A stretch of 51,062 nt of DNA from Candidatus Woesebacteria bacterium GW2011_GWB1_33_22 (lineage in GTDB: Bacteria; Patescibacteriota; Microgenomatia; UBA8517): contig LBOW01000004.1 of NCBI GenBank assembly GCA_000989765.1, positions 1 through 51,062 of the forward strand. Direction: 5' to 3'. Shown here piece after piece: positions 16,987-26,693 of this stretch. The translations under genes were made by a program, and so were the position numbers. Within the stretch, counting starts at the first letter, position 1, and every line of letters begins with the position of its first letter. The notes below the pieces were generated by a model. The model was not told the DNA's origin. It worked only from the letters and a program-made list of their open reading frames with translations, and searched no databases.

Positions 16987-18214
16987 ACAAAAGATTTTTT
17001 GTAACAAGCAAATGATGGTATCTTCTGGCAAATCTGTGGGCTTCGTCACGAATACGAGATATTAATTGCAAGGTCAGACCTTGCAATTTTATTTTGTTAC
17101 CGTTCACAAAAACTAACCTGTCGGGATTTTTGGCTATGCCAACAACTGGTATTTTAATTTTTTTAAATTCTTTATCAAAAATCTTTACTTGTCCCAATCC
17201 CCCATCAACAATAATTAAATTAGGTTTACCCCAATCATTTAAATGTTTAATTCGACGAATTGCTACTTCACGCATACTATCATAGTCGCTTTGACCTTTT
17301 AATTGTCTAATTTTAAAATGTTTATATTCAGATTTTTCTGCTACCCCGTCTATAAAAACAATCATTGAAGCTGTTGCGGATGAACCTGACAAATGAGCTA
17401 CGTCGAAGCATTCAATTCTTCTTAATTTTTTAATATTAATCAATTTACTTAAATTTTCTAACTCCTCATTCCTGATATCTTGTGTAAGATTTGGGTTTTT
17501 AATAAAACTTTCTGTTTGGATTCTACCTTGTGTAATGTAGTCTAGAGCTTGTATTTTGTCTCTAATTAATTTAGCCTCTTCATATCTCTCTAGTTTAGAA
17601 AGTGCGTTCATCTCTTTTTCAAGAAGTTTTCTAAGTGTATTAAATTTTCTTGATAATATTAATTTAATATTTCTTATATTTTGTTTATATAAAATATTAT
17701 TTATAGCTGTGTTGGGACAGGGATTACAAAGTCCTAAATGACTATATAGACAAGGTTTTTTAGCTAATTTGTGATCTGAGAAAGGAAAAACTCTTCTAAT
17801 AAGTTTAAGTATTGTTTTGACATTTGTTGAATTTGGAAAAGGGCCAAAACTAGCGTATAGGTTATAGGGTATAGCGTATAGTTTACGAACAGCTAAAACA
17901 CGGGGGAATTCTTCTTTAGTGATTACAATATATAAGGCATGTTTATCATCTTTTAATAAAATATTATATTTAGGCTTCCAAGTTTTTATTAAATAGGACT
18001 CTAATAAAAGTGACTCAAGATCAGAAGTTACTTGAATAAAAGTTATTTTATCTGCTTCCTCAACCATTCGCTTGGTTTTTGGACCAAGATTTGTTTGAAA
18101 GTAACTATTTATCCTAGCTCTTAAGTTTATAGATTTACCAATATAAATTCTTACCTCTTTTTGCCAAAAAATGTAAATACCTGGAGTTTGGGGAAAAAGT
18201 TTATTATTTTCCAT
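16982..18214 (-). CDS. uvrC: Excinuclease ABC subunit C (lacks C-terminal HhH)
   Basis: GIY-YIG N-terminus, UVR domain, RIECFDVAH, DGG, RIRDEAHRFA. Confidence 0.93.
   Translation of the reverse strand: MENNKLFPQTPGIYIFWQKEVRIYIGKSINLRARINSYFQTNLGPKTKRMVEEADKITFIQVTSDLESLLLESYLIKTWKPKYNILLKDDKHALYIVITKEEFPRVLAVRKLYAIPYNLYASFGPFPNSTNVKTILKLIRRVFPFSDHKLAKKPCLYSHLGLCNPCPNTAINNILYKQNIRNIKLILSRKFNTLRKLLEKEMNALSKLERYEEAKLIRDKIQALDYITQGRIQTESFIKNPNLTQDIRNEELENLSKLINIKKLRRIECFDVAHLSGSSATASMIVFIDGVAEKSEYKHFKIRQLKGQSDYDSMREVAIRRIKHLNDWGKPNLIIVDGGLGQVKIFDKEFKKIKIPVVGIAKNPDRLVFVNGNKIKLQGLTLQLISRIRDEAHRFARRYHHLLVTKNLLS
17064..17088. repeat. Perfect palindrome in uvrC (encodes LQGLTLQ)
   Basis: AATTGCAAGGTC-A-GACCTTGCAATT. 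Confidence 0.75.
17851..17885. repeat. Heptamer array in uvrC
   Basis: TAGCGTA TAGGTTA TAGGGTA TAGCGTA TAGTTTA, encoding KLYAIPYNLYA. Confidence 0.8.
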
Positions 18215-20022
18215 TTTTTAAGTCTTACAAGTATTGTAACAACAATTGAGATTGTAACAATAAAAACGAACAACAAATTATAGACCAGAATCTCTTTTTT
18301 AGAAGTTTTGACTGTTATTTCTTGATCTTGTATCAAAACTTTAACACTGTTCGGAGTTTTTGTTGCCAAAAATGAAAAGGGGATGTCAACATAAGATTTG
18401 TATGAACTAAAAGGTAGAAGGCTTTGAACTGTTTTTTTAGTATCTATTTCTAACTTGTCAAAATATATTTTCGGGTTTAAATTATAAATAGCGGTAGGTC
18501 CATTATTAACAATTTCAAATTCTAATTTATTAGAAACTAGGGGTATCCAGCCTGACAATTTTGCGTTAAGTGAAAGTTTTGCATTTCTCTCTTTAGGTAA
18601 TTCTCCAAATGATACAAAAACATCTTTTTGTGGATTTGCTCCAAGTTTATAACTTCCTGCAGCATATGGAAGTTTTGAATTTTGGCCATGTATGACAAAT
18701 GTGAAATGCCTTAGATCAAGTTTATTAAAGTAATCAACACCTCCCGTAGTTGAACCCCAAGTTGGATCAATTGGAATCCAGGCATTCTTTTCCGAGTCAA
18801 AATATTCAGGCCAGGCATGCAAGACATCATTAACCAAAGAAAGTGGTTGAATATCAGGATTTTCAGTATATGCAAATCCGTTGACTTCTCTAGCAGGTAT
18901 TCCAGCCGCACGGGAAAGCGCGATAAAAAGGTCAGTAAACTCCATACAAATTGCATTGTTTTCATTCTGAAGTGCCTTAAGAGCGCCAAATCTTTCAACA
19001 TTTGGTTGTACCCTTTCAAAATCATATTTTAACTTCGTCGAAACGAAGTCATAAATTGCCTGTGGAGTTTTTAATTCTTGGGCAAGTTTTACAATTTCAG
19101 GATTATCAGATTCCCAGAACTCGTCAGCTTTTAATGACTCATTTAGAGATTCCTCTGTTGGTTTTAAGAAAGATCTGATTGAAGAAAATATTTGTACATT
19201 ACCTGTTGCAGTTACATCAATTCTTTCTCTTGGTTTTAAATTATATGTAGCTATCCAATTTCCATCTAAGTCTTCTTTAACCTCAAATGGTTTTGGGTTA
19301 ACCGTTTGATAGTAGACTCTCTGAAATGCAGTATCTGGAGGTAAGGTGATTTCTGTTTGAGATTCGTGAGTTAATGGATTTTCAAGGTGATAATTTAGAG
19401 TAAATGAAAAAACTTGAAATTCACCAAAGCCTGCCGTAATCCCAGTTTTTGTAACATCCTCTTTATTAAATTTGTAATGTACAAAGCCATTAGAATTAAA
19501 TTTATCTCGAGGCGAGGGTGAAATATAGGCTTCTTGACCTAATTTTTCAGGAATCAGTAGATTTACATAATAACTATTAAAGGTTGTATTCTCAGATAAT
19601 CTTGGAACTGATATTTCCCATACCTCCCCTGTTCTAATTGCAAATGAACTTTCTTCAAAACTAATCCAGAAGGTTCTTGACTTGTCTTTTCCTACAACAG
19701 CATCTTTGAATTGAATATCTATCATTGTTTTTGATTCATTTGTGGAAGTTTCAACTACTAGTGGGCCGTTTGTGTCATAGCCTAAAATATTTTTAGGATT
19801 AATAGAATCTAAAATAATTGTATAAGAAGTTGCATAGAGATTACTAAAAACATTGGTTAAAATAATTTTATTAGTAACTTCTGTAATTCCTGATTCAGTG
19901 ACTGCATATGTAACATCAACATCTGTTGTAAATTCACCTTCAGCTTTAACACAAGTACTTAGTACAAAGTACATAGTACATAGTGAAATTAAAAAAACAA
20001 AAACTGAAGAAATCTTTTTCAT
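18151..20022 (-). CDS. Transglutaminase-like domain protein
   Basis: CMEFTDLFIALSRAAGIPAR, HAW, DPTWG; signal peptide and C-terminal TM. Confidence 0.92.
   Translation of the reverse strand: MKKISSVFVFLISLCTMYFVLSTCVKAEGEFTTDVDVTYAVTESGITEVTNKIILTNVFSNLYATSYTIILDSINPKNILGYDTNGPLVVETSTNESKTMIDIQFKDAVVGKDKSRTFWISFEESSFAIRTGEVWEISVPRLSENTTFNSYYVNLLIPEKLGQEAYISPSPRDKFNSNGFVHYKFNKEDVTKTGITAGFGEFQVFSFTLNYHLENPLTHESQTEITLPPDTAFQRVYYQTVNPKPFEVKEDLDGNWIATYNLKPRERIDVTATGNVQIFSSIRSFLKPTEESLNESLKADEFWESDNPEIVKLAQELKTPQAIYDFVSTKLKYDFERVQPNVERFGALKALQNENNAICMEFTDLFIALSRAAGIPAREVNGFAYTENPDIQPLSLVNDVLHAWPEYFDSEKNAWIPIDPTWGSTTGGVDYFNKLDLRHFTFVIHGQNSKLPYAAGSYKLGANPQKDVFVSFGELPKERNAKLSLNAKLSGWIPLVSNKLEFEIVNNGPTAIYNLNPKIYFDKLEIDTKKTVQSLLPFSSYKSYVDIPFSFLATKTPNSVKVLIQDQEITVKTSKKEILVYNLLFVFIVTISIVVTILVRLKKWKIINFFPKLQVFTFFGKKR
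19953..19984. repeat. Heptamer array in signal peptide
   Basis: AAGTACT TAGTACA AAGTACA TAGTACA TAGT. Confidence 0.75.
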
Positions 20023-20059
20023 TTAACTATTGTAGCAAATATATAGTAAAATACTTGTT

Positions 20060-20995
20060 ATGGATTCAGGTCAAGACCTCCCAGACACAAAACTTTCAAG
20101 AAGAGATTTTTTAAAATTGGGAGGGCTGGTACTGGGTGGCATGGTTGGTGGACCAATAGTGAGATCTCTAGATAAAGCACTTGAAACATCTGAAAACATT
20201 ACTGTTGGTAATTTAGAACTTACACCTATAATTACTGAGCACAACAAAAAGACATGGCAAGAAAACGGAAGTGATATTTTAAATAGATTAAAAGAATTTA
20301 AAATTGTTATTCCTGAATACTTTCCTCCAGATTATGAACATAGTATGAAAAATAATCAACTTTTAGATAAAGCTATAAACTTAACAAACTATGATGATAG
20401 TAATTATCTATTTACTGAAATATCAAATTATTTACTACGTCAAAGTAAACAAGTTTTAGTTGTAGATCCTGCCTATTCTGAAGCTTTTGTAAAATTAAGA
20501 TTATCCAGAAATTGGTGGATGCCAATACTTGGAGGTTTTGCAACATCAATTCCTTTTTTAACAAAAAAAGATTCTAAAACTGGTGAAATCAATATTAAGA
20601 AAACTTTAGTTGCGGCGACTGTTGGTTTGGTTGCTGGAACGTACACAGCGGGCGGCGACCATGATCCTACAGGAATAGAATTGGACATTAGGCATGTTTT
20701 TATTGCTGAGTCTTTAACCCAAATTGGTAAAGGCCTTGTGACACCAACGAAAGCTGCTCTTATTTATCCTGGGGGTCATTGGAAAGGAGAAATTAAACAG
20801 TCAATGCAATGGACCAATGGTATTTTATTTTATTTACAAAATCCAAAAGAAAGACAAGAAAAATTTAATAAATACTGTGAAACATTTGCAAATAAGAAAA
20901 AGTGGCAAGATTTCTACAAAATCAGACGTTATACTTCAGATAATAATAAGTGGGAAAAACAAACTGAAATTGAACTAAGACCATCGTTTAAATAA
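20060..20995 (+). CDS. Hypothetical protein with twin-arginine-like N-terminus
   Basis: LSRRDFLKLGGL plus hydrophobic stretch. Confidence 0.75.
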   Translation: MDSGQDLPDTKLSRRDFLKLGGLVLGGMVGGPIVRSLDKALETSENITVGNLELTPIITEHNKKTWQENGSDILNRLKEFKIVIPEYFPPDYEHSMKNNQLLDKAINLTNYDDSNYLFTEISNYLLRQSKQVLVVDPAYSEAFVKLRLSRNWWMPILGGFATSIPFLTKKDSKTGEINIKKTLVAATVGLVAGTYTAGGDHDPTGIELDIRHVFIAESLTQIGKGLVTPTKAALIYPGGHWKGEIKQSMQWTNGILFYLQNPKERQEKFNKYCETFANKKKWQDFYKIRRYTSDNNKWEKQTEIELRPSFK

Positions 20996-21011
20996 TAATC
21001 TGAAGTAGATT

Positions 21012-23849
21012 TTATAGGTACTTTCCTGTTATTGAATTTGGGTTTTTCTTAATGTCTTTTGATGTTCCAATCGCAACAACTTCTCCACCTTTGTCCCCTC
21101 CTTCAGGACCCAAATCAATTATCCAGTCTGAATTTTTAACAACATCTAAGTTATGTTCAATCACGCAAACTGTGTTCCCTTTAGAAACTAATAGTCTTAA
21201 TACTTTTAATAACTTTTCTACGTCAGCAAAATGAAGACCTGTTGTAGGTTCATCTAAAATATAAAAAGTATGGCCAGTTGATCTTTTCGAAAGTTCTGTT
21301 GCAAGTTTAACTCTTTGTGCTTCTCCACCTGAAAGAGTTGTTGCTGGTTGGCCTAACTGCATATAACCTAAACCAACACTTTCCAAAGTTTCCAATTTTT
21401 CATAAATTTTAGGGTGAGATTCAAAAAAATTTAGAGCATCACTTACTGTTAAATCTAAAACTTCTGAGATATTTTTGTTTTTGTAGGTAATTTCTAATGT
21501 TTGTGAGTTGTAACGTTTTCCATGACAAACCTCGCAACTAATCCAAATATCACTCATAAACTGCATCTCAATCTTTGTTTGACCTTGGCCTTCACAAGCC
21601 GAACATCTACCACCTTTTAAATTAAATGAAAATTGGCCCTTTTTAAAGCCTAAGGTTTTAGCTTCTCTTGTTAATGCAAAAACGTCCCTAATTGGATCAA
21701 ACAAACCAGTATAGGTTGCTGGGTTACTTCTCGGGGTTCTACCAATTGGAGATTGATCGATTAATATAGCTTTGTCTATGTTCTCAATTCCCTCTATTCT
21801 TTTATGAGCTCCAACATCTCCTTTGAAAAAAGGATTAAAGTGTTGTTGTAATGCTGGGTAGAGCGTTTCGACCAAAAGTGTTGATTTTCCCGAGCCTGAT
21901 ACTCCAGTAATACAGATAAACTTTGCAAGTGGAAATTCTACATTTATAGATTTCAAATTAAATTGTTGTGCACCTGATATTTTCAGATAACCAGAAAACT
22001 CGGATAACTCAGGGAATCGGAATTTCTGATTGTCAGACATTCTGAATTTCAGAGTATTCTGAGTTTTCCGATTATCCGATACTCTGAGTTTCCCAGATAA
22101 ATATTTTCCTGTTAAAGATGTTGGATCTCGCATTATGTGTTCAGGAGTTCCAGAGGCGACCAGTTCTCCACCGTTTTTGCCAGCACCTGGTCCAAAATCA
22201 GCCAAAAAATCAGCTTGTTTCATCATTTCTTCATCATGTTCAACTACCAGCACACTATTACCCAAATCTCTTAAGTGTTTTAAAGTATCAATTAATTTTT
22301 GGTTATCTTTTTGATGAAGTCCGATTGTGGGCTCGTCCAAAACGTAGAGTACGCCTGTTAAACCAGAACCTATTTGACTGGCCAGTCTTATTCTTTGTGC
22401 CTCTCCTCCTGAAAGAGTTCCAGCAACCCGATCAAGAGTTATATATTCCAGTCCGACGGACTGTAAAAAATTAAGTCTACCTAATATTTCACTGATTATC
22501 AATTTGCCAATCTCTATTTCTTTTGGATTAATTAACTTATTTTGTATCAATGAATCAATCCATTGATACAGGTTTGTAACTGAAAGATGGGTAATTTCTG
22601 AAATATTTTTATTCTCAATAGTTATGGCTAAAGATTCTTTTTTAAGTCTTGCACTATTACAACCTTCACAAATTTGCTCGCGCATATATTTTTCAAATTC
22701 TGTTCTTACATATTCTGAGTCAGTTTTTCTGTATCTTGATTCTATTGTCCTGACAACGTCTCTTTCTATAATTTTTCTTTTCTCTTGACTTAAATCTTTA
22801 AAGGGGATATGAGTATTAATGTTGTTTATTTCACATAAATTAATAATTTTTTGTGAATACCATGTTTCTCTTTCAAACATTGATGAAAACGGTAATATAG
22901 CACCTTCCATGATTGATAAATCCTCGGAAAAAACTAAGTTTGGTTCTACTTTTAATAATTTACCAAGACCTGTACAAACAGGACATGCTCCATGAGGCGA
23001 GTTAAATGAAAAGCTTCTGGGTTCTATCTCTGGCAAAGAAATGTTGTCTTTTGGGCAAGAAAACTTTTCAGAATATAAATGATCAATAAAGTCTTTGGGA
23101 TAATCCACAATTGCAAAAGAAGCATCTTTAATTTCAGATAAAATTACATAACCATCTGAAAGTTTTAATGCTTGGCTCACTGAATCAAAAAGTCGTGATT
23201 TTAAGGATAACAAGGATGGTCCTTGTGATGAAAATTTGTCTACAACAACGTCTATCGTATGTTTATTGGTTTTAATAAGAGCAAAATCTTCACTTAAATC
23301 TTTAAACTGGCCATCTATTCTTATTTTTGAATAACCTTTGGATCTAAGATTGTCAAAAAGTGCAGAGAATTCTCCTTTTCTGTCTTTAATTATTGGTGAA
23401 AGTAAATAAAATTTTCCTGTTAATTTAATTACTTGATTAATAATCTCTTCCAAAGATTGTTGAGATATTTCATCTCCACAAATAGGACAATGAGGATGTC
23501 CTACTCTGGCAAATAATAGTCTTAAGTAATCATACACCTCAGTTACTGTTCCAACAGTTGAACGGGGATTTCTGGAAGTTGTTTTTTGATCTATTGAAAT
23601 TGCTGGAGAAAGTCCCGTTATAGAATCAACATCAGGTTTATCCATAATACCTAAAAATTGACGAGCATAGGTTGATAAGCTTTCCACATATCTTCTTTGC
23701 CCTTCAGCATACAAAGTATCAAAGGCAAATGAACTTTTTCCACTACCAGAGACCCCAGTTAATACAACAAGTTTGTTTTTGGGGATATCAAGATTCACAT
23801 TTTTTAAATTATGTTGTCTAGCCCCTTTAACTTTTATGAAATCGTTCAT
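21012..23849 (-). CDS. uvrA: Excinuclease ABC subunit A
   Basis: Two GVSGSGKS Walker A motifs, two LSGGEAQR signatures, zinc fingers. Confidence 0.98.
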   Translation of the reverse strand: MNDFIKVKGARQHNLKNVNLDIPKNKLVVLTGVSGSGKSSFAFDTLYAEGQRRYVESLSTYARQFLGIMDKPDVDSITGLSPAISIDQKTTSRNPRSTVGTVTEVYDYLRLLFARVGHPHCPICGDEISQQSLEEIINQVIKLTGKFYLLSPIIKDRKGEFSALFDNLRSKGYSKIRIDGQFKDLSEDFALIKTNKHTIDVVVDKFSSQGPSLLSLKSRLFDSVSQALKLSDGYVILSEIKDASFAIVDYPKDFIDHLYSEKFSCPKDNISLPEIEPRSFSFNSPHGACPVCTGLGKLLKVEPNLVFSEDLSIMEGAILPFSSMFERETWYSQKIINLCEINNINTHIPFKDLSQEKRKIIERDVVRTIESRYRKTDSEYVRTEFEKYMREQICEGCNSARLKKESLAITIENKNISEITHLSVTNLYQWIDSLIQNKLINPKEIEIGKLIISEILGRLNFLQSVGLEYITLDRVAGTLSGGEAQRIRLASQIGSGLTGVLYVLDEPTIGLHQKDNQKLIDTLKHLRDLGNSVLVVEHDEEMMKQADFLADFGPGAGKNGGELVASGTPEHIMRDPTSLTGKYLSGKLRVSDNRKTQNTLKFRMSDNQKFRFPELSEFSGYLKISGAQQFNLKSINVEFPLAKFICITGVSGSGKSTLLVETLYPALQQHFNPFFKGDVGAHKRIEGIENIDKAILIDQSPIGRTPRSNPATYTGLFDPIRDVFALTREAKTLGFKKGQFSFNLKGGRCSACEGQGQTKIEMQFMSDIWISCEVCHGKRYNSQTLEITYKNKNISEVLDLTVSDALNFFESHPKIYEKLETLESVGLGYMQLGQPATTLSGGEAQRVKLATELSKRSTGHTFYILDEPTTGLHFADVEKLLKVLRLLVSKGNTVCVIEHNLDVVKNSDWIIDLGPEGGDKGGEVVAIGTSKDIKKNPNSITGKYL

Positions 23850-23852
23850 GGA

Positions 23853-23866
23853 TGTATAATTATACA
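23853..23866. promoter_or_regulatory. Palindromic bidirectional -10 element TGTATAATTATACA
   Basis: TATAAT on both strands in the 19-bp uvrA/uppP gap, 8-9 nt from each ATG. Confidence 0.65.
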
Positions 23867-23868
23867 GT

Positions 23869-24633
23869 ATGAATCTATTTCAAACACTGCTGTTATCAAT
23901 TGTTGAAGGTACAACTGAATTTTTGCCTATTTCTTCAACAGGGCATTTGATTTTAGTTGCAAATCTTTTTAAAATTCCTCAAACTGAATTCGTTAAGTCT
24001 TTTGAGATAATTATCCAACTTGGGGCAATTTTAGCAGTCGTAGCTATTTACTTTAGAAAAATTATAACCAATTTAGATGCTAAATTGTGGAAAAACATTA
24101 TAGTTGCCTTTTTACCATCGGCAATATTTGGTCTTATTTTTTACAAGTACATTAAGTTGTACTTGATTGGTAATTCTACAGTTGTAATTTGGAGTTTACT
24201 AATCGGCGGAGTTGCCATGCTTTTGTTTGAGCGTTTTCATAAGTTTTCTTCTATACGCTATACGCTATCACCTATACGCTATCTAGTAATTGGTCTATTC
24301 CAAGTCCTTTCCATGATTCCAGGGGTTTCCCGTGCTTTTGCAACAATTTTTGGAGGCATGGTTGTTGGATTAAATAGAAAAGAAGCCGTAGAATTTTCAT
24401 TTTTTTTGGCAATTCCAACTATGTTTGGAGCAACTGTTTTAGATATTTATAAAACTAAAATTTGGTTAAATCCCACTCCCGATGTGGGATTATTAATTAT
24501 TGGCTTTTTTGCTAGTTTTTTAACTGCTTACTTTGTAATTAAATGGTTTATTAAATTTGTAGAATCTCACAATTTCACAATCTTTGGCTGGTACAGAATC
24601 ATTTTGGCTCTAATTTTCTTATTCTATCTCTGA
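23869..24633 (+). CDS. uppP: Undecaprenyl-diphosphate phosphatase
   Basis: EGTTEFLPISSTGH, PGVSR, EFSFFLAIP. Confidence 0.96.
   Translation: MNLFQTLLLSIVEGTTEFLPISSTGHLILVANLFKIPQTEFVKSFEIIIQLGAILAVVAIYFRKIITNLDAKLWKNIIVAFLPSAIFGLIFYKYIKLYLIGNSTVVIWSLLIGGVAMLLFERFHKFSSIRYTLSPIRYLVIGLFQVLSMIPGVSRAFATIFGGMVVGLNRKEAVEFSFFLAIPTMFGATVLDIYKTKIWLNPTPDVGLLIIGFFASFLTAYFVIKWFIKFVESHNFTIFGWYRIILALIFLFYL
24251..24285. repeat. Heptamer array in uppP
   Basis: CTATACG CTATACG CTATCAC CTATACG CTATCTA, encoding IRYTLSPIRYL. Confidence 0.8.
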
Positions 24634-26569
24634 TTTCAGCAGCAAGTTCAAAGTTTAGGTCGTGGGCAGCTATAATCATTTCTTTCTTTAAATCTTTAAC
24701 TAATTTTCGTTTATCCATAGGTGTTAAACTGCCCGTATCTACTGCAAGGATTGGTGTTACTAATTCCTCATTTCTTTCTACTAATTTCTCTCTTAATGGT
24801 TTTGAAATTGATTTTGGAATTATTCCATATTTTTTATTCATTGCAATTTGATATTCTCTTCTTCTTTTGACTTCACTTAAAGCTCGTTCCATGCTTCCTG
24901 TAATTTTATCTGCATACATAATGACCCGACCTTTAACATGCCTAGCAGCCCTACCCATTGTTTGAATAAGTGAGGTTTGGCTTCTTAAAAAGCCTTCTTT
25001 GTCTGCATCAAGTATGGCCACAAGTCCAACTTCTGGAAGATCTAACCCCTCTCTTAAAAGGTTAATTCCAACAAGTACATCATATGTTCCTTTTCGAAGA
25101 TTATCTAAAATATCAGTTCTATCAAGAGTTTTGACATCCGAGTGTAAATATGCGACTTTTAATCCTTGTTCTTCAAGATATATAGACAGATCTTCAGCTG
25201 TTCTTTTGGTAAGTGTTGTTACCAACACTCTTCTTTTTTCTTTTATCTCTTTTTTTATTTCTTCTATTACATCTGCAACTTGATGAGTTGTTGGTTTAAC
25301 TACTACTTCAGGATCTGAAATTCCCGTAGGTCTTAATAATTGCTCAACAATACAGCCTTCAGACATAGATTGTTCCCATTCATCTGGAGTCGCGCTAAGT
25401 GCTATAAAATTAGGAATTTTTCTCATAAATTCTTCAAATTTTAAGGGTCTGTTATCAAGTGCCGAAGGAAGTCTAAAACCATAGTCAATAAGAGTTGATT
25501 TCCTTGAAAAATCTCCAGCATACATACCCCTTATTTGTGGGAAAGTAATATGAGATTCATCTACAATAACTAAACAGTCTTTTGGAAAGTAATTTAGAAG
25601 TGTAAAGGGAGCGTCTCCAGGCGCCCTCCCATCAAAATATCTTGAGTAGTTTTCAATTCCTTTGACATAGCCAATCTCTTTAATCATTTCAAGGTCATAA
25701 GTAACTCTCTGACTTAATCTTTGTGCCTCAAGTAGTTTGTTTTCTTTTCTTAATTTATTAACTCTTAGATCTAAGTCGTGTTTAATATTATCAAATGCTG
25801 ACCCATGAGTTTTGGGATCGGTTATAAAATGTTTGGCGGGATATAATACATAGGGTATAGCGAACAGGTTATAGGTTATAGATCCTGAAACAGCATTAAT
25901 TTTAGAAATTTTTTTGATTTTTCCTAATTCTAATTCTATGCGTATAGCTTCGTCGGTATAGGCGGGGTAAATATCAATATTTTCTCCTCGAACTCTAAAA
26001 GTTCCTCTTTTAAATTCAAATTCGTTTCTTTCGTACTGTAAATCAAGAAACCTATCAATTATTTGCTCTCTAGTAACTTTCATTCCAGCTACAAATTCAA
26101 AGGCAAATTTGCCATATTCATTCGGGGATCCAATATTATAAATGCAAGAAACAGAGGCAACGACTATTACATCTTTTCTAGTCAAAAGATTTGTAGTCGT
26201 TGCAAGCCTGAGTTTATCTATAAGTTCATTAATTGCAGAGTCTTTTTCAATGTAAGTATCAGTTGATGGAATATAACTTTCAGGTTGGTAATAATCATAG
26301 TAAGAAACAAAGTAACTTACCGCATTTTCAGGAAATAAATCTCTCATCTCTTGGTAAAGCTGGGCTGCAAGAGTTTTATTATGAGAAATAATTAAAGTTG
26401 GTTTTTGAAGCTTTTCAATAACGTTAGCAACTGTAAAAGTTTTTCCACTACCAGTGACTCCAAGTAATGTTTGATATTTAATATTATTTTTGATATTACT
26501 AACCAATTTATTAACAGCCAATTTCTGTTCAGGAATTAGTTTGTGTGGACTATGTAATTTAAAATTCAT
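24599..26569 (-). CDS. uvrB: Excinuclease ABC subunit B
   Basis: GVTGSGKT, YYDYYQPE, DESH, QTMGRAAR, C-terminal UVR domain. Confidence 0.98.
   Translation of the reverse strand: MNFKLHSPHKLIPEQKLAVNKLVSNIKNNIKYQTLLGVTGSGKTFTVANVIEKLQKPTLIISHNKTLAAQLYQEMRDLFPENAVSYFVSYYDYYQPESYIPSTDTYIEKDSAINELIDKLRLATTTNLLTRKDVIVVASVSCIYNIGSPNEYGKFAFEFVAGMKVTREQIIDRFLDLQYERNEFEFKRGTFRVRGENIDIYPAYTDEAIRIELELGKIKKISKINAVSGSITYNLFAIPYVLYPAKHFITDPKTHGSAFDNIKHDLDLRVNKLRKENKLLEAQRLSQRVTYDLEMIKEIGYVKGIENYSRYFDGRAPGDAPFTLLNYFPKDCLVIVDESHITFPQIRGMYAGDFSRKSTLIDYGFRLPSALDNRPLKFEEFMRKIPNFIALSATPDEWEQSMSEGCIVEQLLRPTGISDPEVVVKPTTHQVADVIEEIKKEIKEKRRVLVTTLTKRTAEDLSIYLEEQGLKVAYLHSDVKTLDRTDILDNLRKGTYDVLVGINLLREGLDLPEVGLVAILDADKEGFLRSQTSLIQTMGRAARHVKGRVIMYADKITGSMERALSEVKRRREYQIAMNKKYGIIPKSISKPLREKLVERNEELVTPILAVDTGSLTPMDKRKLVKDLKKEMIIAAHDLNFELAAEIRDRIRKLEPK
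25851..25881. repeat. Heptamer array in uvrB
   Basis: TAGGGTA TAGCGAA CAGGTTA TAGGTTA TAG, encoding ITYNLFAIPY. Confidence 0.75.
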
Positions 26570-26595
26570 AGACGTATTTTAACATAACATCTGTT

Positions 26596-26630
26596 AGGTT
26601 CGGAACCCGTAAGTTACGGGTTCCGAACCT
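26596..26630. repeat. Perfect 17-bp inverted repeat (homologue in gatB)
   Basis: AGGTTCGGAACCCGTAA-G-TTACGGGTTCCGAACCT. Confidence 0.85.
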
Positions 26631-26657
26631 GTAAGCAAATGTACCAGAAAGATATAG

Positions 26658-26686
26658 TTGACTCATTCGGTCTTTGTTTGTATATT
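26658..26686 (+). promoter_or_regulatory. Sigma70 promoter of lexA (leaderless)
   Basis: TTGACT-N17-TATATT, 7 nt before the ATG at 26694. Confidence 0.7.
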
Positions 26687-26693
26687 CATATAT

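Noticed and set aside
26596-26630. Palindrome as a LexA box
   Set aside because: Does not fit GAAC-N4-GTTC or CTGT-N8-ACAG, and a homologue lies inside gatB; treated as a repeat.
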